From Bryobacterales bacterium (GTDB lineage: Bacteria > Acidobacteriota > Terriglobia > Bryobacterales > Bryobacteraceae): 64,000 bases of DNA. Under the pieces are notes generated by a model. That model was not told where the DNA came from, ran no database searches, and saw only the letters and a program-made list of their open reading frames with translations. Positions 9,691-17,752 of the stretch are shown piece by piece. A program made the translations under genes and the position numbers. The DNA is taken from the NCBI GenBank assembly GCA_963722575.1, contig CAVRNR010000003.1, positions 461,766 through 525,765 of the forward strand, given 5' to 3'. Every line of letters starts with the position of its first letter. Position 1 is the stretch's first letter.

Positions 9691-9733
9691 GGGGACAGAC
9701 GCATTTTCCGCGGCGGAAAATGCGTCTGTCCCC
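9691..9733. terminator. REP-like perfect hairpin acting as a probable bidirectional intrinsic terminator
   Basis: GGGGACAGACGCATTTTCCGC / GCGGAAAATGCGTCTGTCCCC, flanked by an A-run (9685-9690) and a T-run (9734-9739). It lies between convergent genes ending at 9684 (+) and 9742 (-). A second copy of the arm sequence is at 38361-38407. Confidence 0.75.
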
Positions 9734-9741
9734 TTTTTTCT

Positions 9742-10827
9742 TTACCGCAGCAGAGCCGAGGCGCTCCACAACACCGGCGCCTGGCCGTGAAAGTCGCCGG
9801 TCATGCGCGGGCGCGTCAGGTAGTAATTCAGATCGTTGAGCTTATTGGTGCCCGCGCAGACGCTGGTGACGTCCGCATGCTGGTCGATATAGCCGGTCAG
9901 CGCGAGCCAGGCCTGGCGAGCCGCGGGGCCGTACGTTTTGGCATCGAGCCAGCCGTTCTTGACGCCGCTGACCATGGCGAAAGTGAACATGCCCGTGCTG
10001 GAAGTTTCCGGCCATGCCTCCGGATGATCGATGAGCTGACGCCACATGCCGTCCTTGCCCTGGAACTCGAGCAGCGACTTCATCATCTTCCGGTAGCCCT
10101 CCAGAATGCGCGCGCGGCGCGGATGGTCCTGGGGAAGCGAGCGCAGCAACTCAGCCATCCCGGCGGCAATCCAACCGTCGCCGCGCCCCCAGAAGAACGG
10201 GACATCCTGAGCATGGTAGAACAGCCCGTTGGGCTGCTGAAGCTTGTCCAGGTATGCCACCATTTCCAGGGCCGAGCGGTCGATGTACTTGGCGTCGCCG
10301 GTGGCACGGTACGCTTGCACCTGCAGGGCCGTAATCATGTACATGTCGTCGATCCAAAAGCGGGTCTCGCTGGTCAGCCCATCCGGTGTGGGATCGCTCC
10401 ATTGCCGGTCGGCGATGGCCTTGCCCATGTCGAGGTATTTCTGCTCCTTGGTTTCGATGTATATCTCTAGAGGGACCACCCCGAAAACCGAATAGTCCAC
10501 ATGCCGCTCGGTGGGTACCAGCGCGGATTCCTCGGGCGTCATCAGCGGATCGAAACGTTTGATGAGACGGGCGGAAAGGTCCTTGTCGCCCGACAGTTGG
10601 GCGAAGGTCAAAGCTCCGTACCATGCGCAGACTTCCGGGTAGATGATGCGCCGCCGATCCTGGTGGGGGGACCCAACGAAGTGCTCCGCCACGCGCTTGC
10701 CGATTTCAGTGGGCGAACTTCGCGCCGGCCAGTTAGCAAAATCGGTCGATTGCGCCACGCTGGGGCGCACGGCCGCCAGGATCATCGTCCCGGCCACCAG
10801 TAGCGGTACTAGGGCTCGATAGTGCAT
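9742..10827 (-). CDS. Glycosyl hydrolase family 88/105 (unsaturated rhamnogalacturonyl/glucuronyl hydrolase-like)
   Basis: 361-aa ORF with a signal peptide. The motifs RFWIDDMYMITALQVQAY and FFWGRGDGWIAAGMAELL are characteristic of the YteR/GH105-GH88 (alpha/alpha)6 family. Confidence 0.85.
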   Translation of the reverse strand: MHYRALVPLLVAGTMILAAVRPSVAQSTDFANWPARSSPTEIGKRVAEHFVGSPHQDRRRIIYPEVCAWYGALTFAQLSGDKDLSARLIKRFDPLMTPEESALVPTERHVDYSVFGVVPLEIYIETKEQKYLDMGKAIADRQWSDPTPDGLTSETRFWIDDMYMITALQVQAYRATGDAKYIDRSALEMVAYLDKLQQPNGLFYHAQDVPFFWGRGDGWIAAGMAELLRSLPQDHPRRARILEGYRKMMKSLLEFQGKDGMWRQLIDHPEAWPETSSTGMFTFAMVSGVKNGWLDAKTYGPAARQAWLALTGYIDQHADVTSVCAGTNKLNDLNYYLTRPRMTGDFHGQAPVLWSASALLR

Positions 10828-10894
10828 CGTGCATCGGTCTCCTTATCCACTATACCGATTTTTACTGGACTTCACAGTACTATAGTCTTGGAGA

Positions 10895-11455
10895 GTGCCG
10901 ATTCCCCATCTTTTTTTGTTCGAGGACCCCTCCCGCAGGAACCAAGTGGGGGTAGTACTACACCGTCTGCCGCCGGTCTCGGGCGCGCCCGTCCGCATCC
11001 AAAGCGCGCACGCCCTGGGCGGGGTGCCCTCTGGGCCCCGCGGCGCAGTGCACGCCGGAACGTTTGTGCGGGAGCGCCGTATGGCGTTCGATTGCAGCCG
11101 GGCGGAGTTCCCGCGCATCTTCGTCCATGAGCTGTTTCACTTCGTCTGGGCGAGGTTGGGCAACCCGGCGCGCCACTCCTACGAGCGTCTGGTGAAGGCT
11201 GAATGGCGGGCGGGCGCGCGCGGCGAGTTGGGCTGGTCGGCGGAGTGGCGAAAACGCGCCCTCGCCGCCGGCGACGTCCGATCGCGTAGCCGCCGATGGC
11301 GGGAGTATTGCTCTGAGAGCTTCTGCGACACCGCCGCGTGGTTGTATTCCGGCGCCAGGCGCCACCGTGAGTTCACGCTCGCGGGCGCTAGCCGCCGCGC
11401 CCGCCGCCGCGCCTGGTTTGCGCAGCGGATCGAATCCGGACGATTGTCGATATAA
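10895..11455 (+). CDS. Hypothetical protein with an HExxH motif (putative metallopeptidase-like)
   Basis: 186-aa ORF containing FVHELFHFVW. The start codon is uncertain because an internal Met precedes FDCSRAEF. I recognise no family. Confidence 0.45.
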   Translation: MPIPHLFLFEDPSRRNQVGVVLHRLPPVSGAPVRIQSAHALGGVPSGPRGAVHAGTFVRERRMAFDCSRAEFPRIFVHELFHFVWARLGNPARHSYERLVKAEWRAGARGELGWSAEWRKRALAAGDVRSRSRRWREYCSESFCDTAAWLYSGARRHREFTLAGASRRARRRAWFAQRIESGRLSI

Positions 11456-11476
11456 TTGGATTGGGGAAAGGAATCT

Positions 11477-12070
11477 GTGTCCGCACGCCGCCTCTCGTCC
11501 GCTATCGCCATCGCTCTCCTGGCGGGGGGTCTCATATATTTCTGGTCTCCCGGGCCGCGTTCGGTAAGAACCGCGCCGGTCAAGCCGGACAAGGACCGCC
11601 ATCAAGCCCCGGATTTTGCGCTGAAGGATGTGAACGGCCAGACCGTTCGCCTCTCGGATTATCGCGGCAAAGTGGTGCTGCTGGATTTCTGGGCCACCTG
11701 GTGCGGCCCGTGCGAGATCGAGATCCCCTGGTTCATGGACCTCGAGCGCAGAAACAAGGATAAAGGCTTCGCGGTGCTGGGCGTCTCCATGGACGATGAT
11801 GGTTGGGAATCCGTGAAGCCGTTCCTTTCGCACTTGGGCGTGAACTACCGGGTGGTGATCGGCGACAGCGAAACGGCCCAGCTTTACGGCGGCGTGGATG
11901 CGCTGCCGACCACGTTCCTCATCGACCGGGACGGAAAGATCGCCGCCGTCCACGTGGGTCTTGTGGATCGGAAGGATTTCGAAGATGGTGTCGAACAGCT
12001 TTTGCAGTCTCCCGCGCCTGCCGCTGCTAGCCGCGCTGGTCTCGCTGCCGTTACTCTTCGCTCAGAGTAG
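11477..12070 (+). CDS. TlpA/ResA-family thiol:disulfide oxidoreductase (thioredoxin fold)
   Basis: The WCGPC active site sits in LLDFWATWCGPCEIEIPWF, and there is an N-terminal membrane anchor. I prefer the GTG at 11477, preceded by GGGGAAAGGA, over the track's TTG at 11456. Confidence 0.85.
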   Translation: MSARRLSSAIAIALLAGGLIYFWSPGPRSVRTAPVKPDKDRHQAPDFALKDVNGQTVRLSDYRGKVVLLDFWATWCGPCEIEIPWFMDLERRNKDKGFAVLGVSMDDDGWESVKPFLSHLGVNYRVVIGDSETAQLYGGVDALPTTFLIDRDGKIAAVHVGLVDRKDFEDGVEQLLQSPAPAAASRAGLAAVTLRSE

Positions 12071-12473
12071 CGGTTACCTGACGGTGGGCCAGCCTCGGCA
12101 GGTGGCCGGCAGGCGCAATGCCGCCGTCCAGGCGAAGATCCCGGTGTCCGTCCGCCCGGGGTTCCACGTCAACAGCAATACCCCCACCGAGGAATATCTC
12201 ATCCCGCTGAAGCTGACGTGGACCGCCGCCGGCGCCCTCCAGAGCGGTTCGGTAACCTACCCGAAGCCCTCCATGGAGAAGTACGAGTTTGCGGAGAAGC
12301 CGCTCTCGGTCTTCACGGGCGACTTCGATTTGGTGGCCAACTTCAAGGTGGCGGCCAACGCCCCGGCCGGCCCCGGCGCGGCGGTGGGGAAACTGCATTA
12401 CCAGGCGTGCAACGACCGCGCCTGCTTCCCGCCCAAGACGGTCGAGGTCACCGTTCCATATCAGATCCAGTAG
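11985..12473 (+). CDS. DsbD N-terminal-domain-like (protein-disulfide reductase DsbD_N) secreted protein
   Basis: The start is the internal ATG of track ORF 11898..12473. The product has a signal peptide (MVSNSFCSLPRLPLLAALVSLPLLFAQS) and a C-terminal KLHYQACNDRACFPP motif typical of the DsbD_N fold. It overlaps the tlpA-like gene by 86 nt in another frame. Confidence 0.65.
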   Translation: MVSNSFCSLPRLPLLAALVSLPLLFAQSSGYLTVGQPRQVAGRRNAAVQAKIPVSVRPGFHVNSNTPTEEYLIPLKLTWTAAGALQSGSVTYPKPSMEKYEFAEKPLSVFTGDFDLVANFKVAANAPAGPGAAVGKLHYQACNDRACFPPKTVEVTVPYQIQ

Positions 12474-13689
12474 GGGCCAGGCATGCCTGGCCCGCGCCCG
12501 ATTTCAGAAACTGCCCGATGGACCGCGTAGCCTGGCGAATGCGGTGCTCGTTTTCCACCAGCGCGAAGCGCACGTACCCTTCGCCCAGAGGCCCGAAGCC
12601 GATGCCCGGTGACACGGCCACCTGCGCCTTCTCCAGCAGCAGTTTCGAAAACTCCAGCGAGCCGATTTCGCGAAACCGCTCCGGCACCGGCGCCCACAAG
12701 AACATGGTGCCCCGCGGTTTCTCCACCGCCCAGCCGGCCCGTTTCAGTCCGTCCACCAGCACGTCGCGCCTGTTCTGGTACACCGCGCAGATCTTCCGGG
12801 TATCTTCTTCGCATTCCCGTAGGGCGATGATGGAGGCGATCTGGATGGGTTGGAACACGCCGTAATCCAGGTAGCTCTTGATGCGCGCCAGCGCCGCGAT
12901 CATCCTCGCGTTCCCCACGCAGTATCCCACCCGCCAGCCGGCCATGTTGTAGCTCTTGGACATGGAGAAGATCTCGACGGCCACTTCCTTGGCGCCTTCC
13001 ACTTCGAGGATACTGGGTGGCTGGTAGCCGTCGAAGCCTAGGTCGGCGTAAGCGAAGTCGTGCACCACCAGCGTGCCATGCTGGCGCGCCAGACGCACGA
13101 TCTGGCGGAAGTAATCCAGGTCCACGCATGTGGTGGTGGGGTTGTGCGGGAAGGAAATCAGCAGCAGCTTCGGTTTTCGCGAGCCGTTGCGGTACAGGTC
13201 CTCGAGGCCGTTCAGAAAAGTGGCCGCGTCCGGCATGGGCAGCATCTCGGCCTGGCCCTCCGCCATGATCACCCCGTACTGGTGGATGGGATATGCGGGG
13301 TTCGGCGAAACCACCACGTCCCCCGGCCCAACAGTGGCAAACAGCAGGTGCGCCAGCGCGTCCTTCGCTCCCATGGTGACGATGGCTTCCTTGTCGGGGT
13401 CGAGTTCCACGCCGTAGTTGGCCTGGTACCGCCGGGTGATCTCCTCGCGCAGCCTCGGAATGCCCCTGGATTGCGAGTAGCGATGGTTGCGCGCATTGCG
13501 CGCCGCTTCGACCAGCTTGCTCACTACCACGCCCGGGGTGCCGCCGTCGGGGTTCCCCATCCCCAGATCGATGACGTCGATCTGGGCGGCGCGTGCCCGC
13601 GCGCGCATTTCATTGATGACGGCGAAAACGTAGGGCGGCAGCTTCCGGATGCGATAGAACTCCTCGGGATTTTCGGGCATGATGCCCAT
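12448..13689 (-). CDS. Class I/II PLP-dependent aminotransferase (alanine/aspartate aminotransferase-like)
   Basis: 413-aa ORF with LGMGNPD, NPAYPIHQYG, HNPTT and SMSKSYNMAGWRVGY (the PLP lysine motif SxSK). Its last ~15 codons run through the palindrome at 12474-12493. Confidence 0.9.
   Translation of the reverse strand: MGIMPENPEEFYRIRKLPPYVFAVINEMRARARAAQIDVIDLGMGNPDGGTPGVVVSKLVEAARNARNHRYSQSRGIPRLREEITRRYQANYGVELDPDKEAIVTMGAKDALAHLLFATVGPGDVVVSPNPAYPIHQYGVIMAEGQAEMLPMPDAATFLNGLEDLYRNGSRKPKLLLISFPHNPTTTCVDLDYFRQIVRLARQHGTLVVHDFAYADLGFDGYQPPSILEVEGAKEVAVEIFSMSKSYNMAGWRVGYCVGNARMIAALARIKSYLDYGVFQPIQIASIIALRECEEDTRKICAVYQNRRDVLVDGLKRAGWAVEKPRGTMFLWAPVPERFREIGSLEFSKLLLEKAQVAVSPGIGFGPLGEGYVRFALVENEHRIRQATRSIGQFLKSGAGQACLAPTGSDMER
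12474..12493. repeat. REP family 1, degenerate copy (GGGCCAGGCATGCCTGGCCC, perfect 20-bp palindrome)
   Basis: Read directly from the sequence. It is preceded by GTAG, as in the full copies at 13740 and 15702, and lies where two convergent ORFs meet. Confidence 0.8.
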
Positions 13690-13739
13690 TTTACGATAAG
13701 CCGCCGGCGCTACAGGCGCTCAGCGGTCGCGGGAGCGGT

Positions 13740-13767
13740 GTAGGGGCCGGGCATGCCCGGCCCCTAC
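13740..13767. repeat. REP family 1, perfect 28-bp palindrome GTAGGGGCCGGGCATGCCCGGCCCCTAC
   Basis: Read directly from the sequence. It lies between the stop of the 13764..14102 gene (its TAG is inside the palindrome) and the start of the aminotransferase gene. It probably forms a terminator-type hairpin. Confidence 0.85.
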
Positions 13768-14102
13768 CGGCCGTGGGGCGTGTTCTCGAGCTTTTGCAAT
13801 ATGGCGGTCTTATGTTCGCTGCCATCCAGGTCCTGGATGATGAGGTGTCTCCTGGTCACTGCGAACCGCATGGGCACGTGCAGGTCCAGCTTCAGCGGCT
13901 CATCGGAAAGCACCATGTATCGGGCAGTGCCCCCTCGCACCCTATAGATAAACTGGTTCTGAAAAGTGTCGCGGCCGGCAGGGACAGTCCTTCTTGAAAC
14001 TAATATGCCTTCCTGCCAGACTCGATCGCGGGCAGTGGCCCCTGTCATCCACTGGGTCAGACCCAAGAGGGCGACACCGATTAGGATCCCCCGCCTTGTC
14101 AT
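13764..14102 (-). CDS. Small secreted hypothetical protein
   Basis: 112-aa ORF with a signal peptide (MTRRGILIGVALLGLTQWMTGATA). I recognise no family. Confidence 0.5.
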   Translation of the reverse strand: MTRRGILIGVALLGLTQWMTGATARDRVWQEGILVSRRTVPAGRDTFQNQFIYRVRGGTARYMVLSDEPLKLDLHVPMRFAVTRRHLIIQDLDGSEHKTAILQKLENTPHGR

Positions 14103-14194
14103 CTCGGTATTCCTTGCTACCTTGATTCTAAGCCATTATCGACGAATCGGCGATACTATCTTCTGGCTATGCGGAGAATCGGCTGGCGACGGTC

Positions 14195-15553
14195 CTACTG
14201 CATGGTCGGCTTCTTGCGCGGCCGGGAGATGCGCTTCTTGGCGCCGGGTTCCCCGGAGGTCTTGCGTGGCGCCCGGGGGCGTCGCTGAGGCTTGGGCGGG
14301 GCCTCGGGAATGGGGATCTCGCCGGTAGCGGTGGGCTGGCCGGGCACCAGCGGCTGCGGCTCGTCCTCCTCTTCTTCCTCGTAGGCCGCGGCCACCGGTT
14401 CCGGCTCGGGCGGTGGCGCGGGCGGATGGAATTCGGAGCCCAGGTAGACGATGAGGCCCCTCTCTTCGTCGGCCTGGTTGCGCACCAGGCCTTTATCCTG
14501 CGCATAGTTCAATAGCTCGCTGAACTCCTGGAAACCGTACTCCCGCCAATCCAGTTTGGGCTGCTCCTGGCGCACCCATTCGGCCAGTTCGTCGGCCAGC
14601 GAGCCGTTGTCCACCTCCAGGCGGTGCGTTTCCAGCACGTCGCGCAGCAGGGGGATGGCCTCCTCGGGCTTGTGACCCGGCTTTTCGGGAGCGCCGCCGC
14701 CGCCCTTCATGCGGATCATGTAGCGGCCTTCGCCGCCGGTGACCTCGACAAAGTCGGCCTTCTGCAGCTTCTCGACGAAATCGGTGAATGAGCCGGCGCC
14801 GTACGCCTTCTCGTTGAACGTGGAGTCGAGCTGCAGCATGGTGGATTTCAGCAGGCCGAGCTGCGGGCGCACTTCGCGCCGCTCCAGCACGCCCAGCGCG
14901 CGCTCCACCAGCGGCATGGACTGGGCCAGATCGAGCGCCACCCGCTTGTGCGCCTGGCGCTGCTGCTGTTGCTGATGTTGCTGTGGTTGTGGTTGCTGCT
15001 GTTGCGGCGGTTGCTGCTGCGGCTGTTGCTGCTGCTGTTGCTGCTGCTGCGGCTGTTGCTGCTGGTGTCCGGAGCGCGTCCGCGGCTCGTCGATGATGGA
15101 TTCATAAGCCACGAACTCGTGGCAGTTCTTCTGCAGAATGGTGCTGGTGAAGGCGCGGCCGCCAACGACGAAGACGCGCTTGTCGTACTGCTTCAGCTTG
15201 TTGACCAGCGCGATGAAATCGCTGTCGCCGCTGACGATGGCGAAAGCGTTGATGTGGTCGTGAGTGAAGGCCATCTCGAGCGCGTCGAGGGCCAGGTTGA
15301 TGTCGGCGCCGTTCTTGTCGCCGCGCGGCGAGGGGTCGCGCTGGACCATCTGCACGGCGTGCTCGGAAAGCGCGCGCGTGGCGGAATCCTGCCTTCCCCA
15401 GTTGGCGTAAGCGAACTTGGTAACGATTTCCCCGCGTTCTTTTAGCGCGTCCAGCACGGCCGCCACGTCGAATTCGCGGTGCAGCGTGGACTTGACGCCG
15501 ATTTCGATATTGTCGAAATCGATGAACACGGCGATCTTGAGTTTTTGTTCCAT
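14195..15553 (-). CDS. NYN (LabA/DUF88) ribonuclease-like domain protein with a poly-Q linker and OST-HTH/LOTUS-type C-terminal region
   Basis: The start is the ATG at 15551-15553, preceded by AAGGAA. The track ORF begins 41 codons earlier. The N-terminus IAVFIDFDNI...GADINLALDA...IVSGDSDF is the NYN signature. The following region (LGLLKSTMLQLDSTFNEKAYGAGSFTDFVEKL) is LOTUS/OST-HTH-like. The C-terminal tail is acidic, then Pro/Lys-rich. Confidence 0.85.
   Translation of the reverse strand: MEQKLKIAVFIDFDNIEIGVKSTLHREFDVAAVLDALKERGEIVTKFAYANWGRQDSATRALSEHAVQMVQRDPSPRGDKNGADINLALDALEMAFTHDHINAFAIVSGDSDFIALVNKLKQYDKRVFVVGGRAFTSTILQKNCHEFVAYESIIDEPRTRSGHQQQQPQQQQQQQQQPQQQPPQQQQPQPQQHQQQQQRQAHKRVALDLAQSMPLVERALGVLERREVRPQLGLLKSTMLQLDSTFNEKAYGAGSFTDFVEKLQKADFVEVTGGEGRYMIRMKGGGGAPEKPGHKPEEAIPLLRDVLETHRLEVDNGSLADELAEWVRQEQPKLDWREYGFQEFSELLNYAQDKGLVRNQADEERGLIVYLGSEFHPPAPPPEPEPVAAAYEEEEEDEPQPLVPGQPTATGEIPIPEAPPKPQRRPRAPRKTSGEPGAKKRISRPRKKPTMQ
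14954..15067. repeat. CAG/CAA trinucleotide tract encoding 29 Gln in 38 residues
   Basis: I translated it codon by codon from the minus strand: H QQQQ P QQQQQQQQQ P QQQ PP QQQQ P Q P QQ H QQQQQ R Q. Confidence 0.95.
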
Positions 15554-15701
15554 TTTGAATTCCTTAAATCCGGCTCCGTGTGCACCGGACCGCGAGGTCC
15601 TGCGCGCCTGGAAAGCCGCGGGTCCGCTGGCGGGCGAACCGTCCGCCGGCGGAGTAGCTACGTTCGATAGCCTCATGCGTAGTTTATCCTAATTCAGCGC
15701 C

Positions 15702-15729
15702 GTAGGGGACGGCCATGCCCGGCCCCTAC
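15702..15729. terminator. REP family 1 copy (GTAGGGGACGGCCATGCCCGGCCCCTAC, imperfect) 3 nt downstream of the tyrA stop
   Basis: Read directly from the sequence. Its position fits a role as the terminator or stabiliser hairpin of the aromatic operon. Confidence 0.6.
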
Positions 15730-15732
15730 AAC

Positions 15733-16578
15733 TCACGGGGTCCGCCGCAAGCGGCCCGCCATGCCGGCGCCGCGCTCGAACTCCTCTTGAAGCTGCCGCG
15801 TCCGAAGGTTCTCGCGCATGTGCTCCAGCTTTTGTATGTAGACGGCCAAGGCGCGGTCGATATGCTCGGTGTTGGTCGCCAGAATGTCGCGCCACAGATC
15901 GTACGATCCCAGCGCGAGACGGGTCATGTCTTCCAGGCCGGGGCCGGCCATCCGCCAGCGCGGAGAGGCGCCCATGCGCTCCGCCACCGTGGCGGCCAGC
16001 GCGGTGGATGCCAGTTGCGGAAGGTGCGAGGTGAGCGCCACGACGCGGTCGTGTTCCTCCGCATCGAGGACCACGATGCGCGCCCCCATGCGCTCCAGCC
16101 ACGAGCGCAAGTCGCGGGCCGCCGGCGTGGCCAGCTCGGACGGATCGTCCGGTGTCAGCGCCCAGGTGCGGCCGCGGAAAAGACCGGCGGCCGCTTCCGC
16201 CGCCCCGCGCTTCTCTTTGCCGGCCATGGGGTGGCCGCCCAGAAACTGGCAGCGGGCGATGTTTTGCCGCGCCAGGTCGACGATTTCGCACTTGGTGCTG
16301 CCGGCGTCGGTGACCAGGGCTTCGGGGCGCACCAGAGCATCCAGATGCCGGATGGTGTCGAGAATGCGGCCGATCGTCTGGGAGAGGAAGACCAGATCGG
16401 CCTGGGCCACGGCTTCGGCCAGCGGCGCGCCGCGGTCGATGGCCCCCACGGCCATGGCGTCGGCGATGGCCGGCGCGGAACTGACCCCGGCGATTGGTCC
16501 CTCGAACCCGGCCTGGCGCAAGGCGAGGCCGAAAGACGCGCCGATCAGGCCGGTACCGACAATGGCTACGCTCCGCAT
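15733..16578 (-). CDS. tyrA: Prephenate/arogenate dehydrogenase
   Basis: 281-aa ORF with an N-terminal Rossmann motif (VAIVGTGLIGASFGLAL) and the motifs DAGSTK and GGHPMAG, which are typical of TyrA. Confidence 0.9.
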   Translation of the reverse strand: MRSVAIVGTGLIGASFGLALRQAGFEGPIAGVSSAPAIADAMAVGAIDRGAPLAEAVAQADLVFLSQTIGRILDTIRHLDALVRPEALVTDAGSTKCEIVDLARQNIARCQFLGGHPMAGKEKRGAAEAAAGLFRGRTWALTPDDPSELATPAARDLRSWLERMGARIVVLDAEEHDRVVALTSHLPQLASTALAATVAERMGASPRWRMAGPGLEDMTRLALGSYDLWRDILATNTEHIDRALAVYIQKLEHMRENLRTRQLQEEFERGAGMAGRLRRTP

Positions 16579-16623
16579 CTGAAAAGCCTCCGCTCCCTCG
16601 AAAGGCGCAAAAAAACAGCTTTA

Positions 16624-16708
16624 GCCACGGATGAACACGGATAAACACGGATAAGAACTTTGTTTTCCGGAATCTTGTTATCCGTGTTCATCCGTGTTCA
16701 TCCGTGGC
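16624..16708. repeat. 31-bp-arm inverted repeat built from CACGGAT(G/A)AA decamers (REP family 3); terminator-like
   Basis: The left arm is GCCACGGATGAACACGGATAAACACGGATAA (16624-16654). The right arm is TTATCCGTGTTCATCCGTGTTCATCCGTGGC (16678-16708). There is one mismatch and a 23-nt loop. T-rich tracts follow the hairpin on both strands. Confidence 0.85.
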
Positions 16709-16723
16709 CATTTTTCTTCGTTC

Positions 16724-17752
16724 TCACGGCCTCGGCTCGGCCATGCTGCGTCCCACGGCGGGGACAATGATCCGTAACTGGGACATCAGCTCCTCGAACT
16801 GCTCGAAGCGCAGCGACTGGGCGCCGTCGCTCAGGGCATGGTCCGGATCGGGATGCACCTCCATCAGCAAACCGTCGGCGCCGGCGGCCACGGCGGCGCG
16901 GCCCATGGGCGCCACCATGTCGCGGCGGCCGGTGCCGTGCGAAGGGTCGGCAATGATGGGCAGGTGCGAGAGCTTCTTCACCACCGGGATGGCGGAAATG
17001 TCCATCGTATTGCGCGTGTAGGTTTCGAAGGTGCGGATGCCGCGCTCGCACAGAATCACGTCGTAGTTGCCGCCCGCGAGAATGTACTCGGCCGAGAGCA
17101 GCAGCTCTTCAATGGTAGCCGAAATACCGCGCTTGAGCAGCACCGGCTTGCGCAGCTTGCCCAGCTCGCGCAGCAGGGTGAAGCTCTGCATGTTGCGCGC
17201 CCCCACTTGCAGGATGTCGGCGTACTGCGCCACCAGCGGGACCTGGGTGATGTCCATGACCTCGCTGACCACCAGCAGCCCGTGGCGGTCGGCGGCCTCG
17301 CGCAACATGCGCAAGCCTTCCTCGCCGAGGCCCTGAAAGGCGTAGGGCGAGCTGCGCGGTTTGAACGCCCCGGCGCGGATCACTTGGGCGCCCAGGCGGG
17401 CCACAATTTCCGCCGACCGCTCGATCTGGTCCCGGCTCTCGACGCTGCACGGGCCGGCCATGACCACCACGCGTTGGCCGCCGATATCGATATCGCCAAC
17501 CCTCACCACCGTGCCGGCCGGGCGGAAACTGCGGCTGGCCAGCTTGTAGGGCGAGACGATGCGGTGCGCTTCCTTGACGCCATCCATCACCTCGAAAATG
17601 GCGAGGTCGAATTCTTCCTTGCCGCCCACCCCGCCCAGCACGGTGTGGATCACGCCCGTGGAACGGTGCACATCGAAGCCCAGCTCCACCAGGCGGTCGA
17701 TCACTCCCTGGATTTGCCGCTCCGTGGCGCCCTGCTGCATGACGACTAACAT
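16724..17752 (-). CDS. aroF: 3-deoxy-7-phosphoheptulonate (DAHP) synthase, type I-beta with an N-terminal ferredoxin-like regulatory domain
   Basis: 342-aa ORF. The catalytic core matches KDO8P/DAHPS I-beta ([33 protein letters not shown]). The first ~70 aa ([31 protein letters not shown]...) resemble the Thermotoga-type regulatory domain. Confidence 0.9.
   Translation of the reverse strand: MLVVMQQGATERQIQGVIDRLVELGFDVHRSTGVIHTVLGGVGGKEEFDLAIFEVMDGVKEAHRIVSPYKLASRSFRPAGTVVRVGDIDIGGQRVVVMAGPCSVESRDQIERSAEIVARLGAQVIRAGAFKPRSSPYAFQGLGEEGLRMLREAADRHGLLVVSEVMDITQVPLVAQYADILQVGARNMQSFTLLRELGKLRKPVLLKRGISATIEELLLSAEYILAGGNYDVILCERGIRTFETYTRNTMDISAIPVVKKLSHLPIIADPSHGTGRRDMVAPMGRAAVAAGADGLLMEVHPDPDHALSDGAQSLRFEQFEELMSQLRIIVPAVGRSMAEPRP

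Noticed and set aside
16624-16654. Tandem decamers CACGGAT(G/A)AA, considered as a possible mini-CRISPR or satellite.
   Set aside because: There are only three units with no spacers, and they form one arm of a large inverted repeat. This is a REP-like hairpin, not a CRISPR array. No CRISPR-like repeat-spacer structure occurs anywhere in the window.
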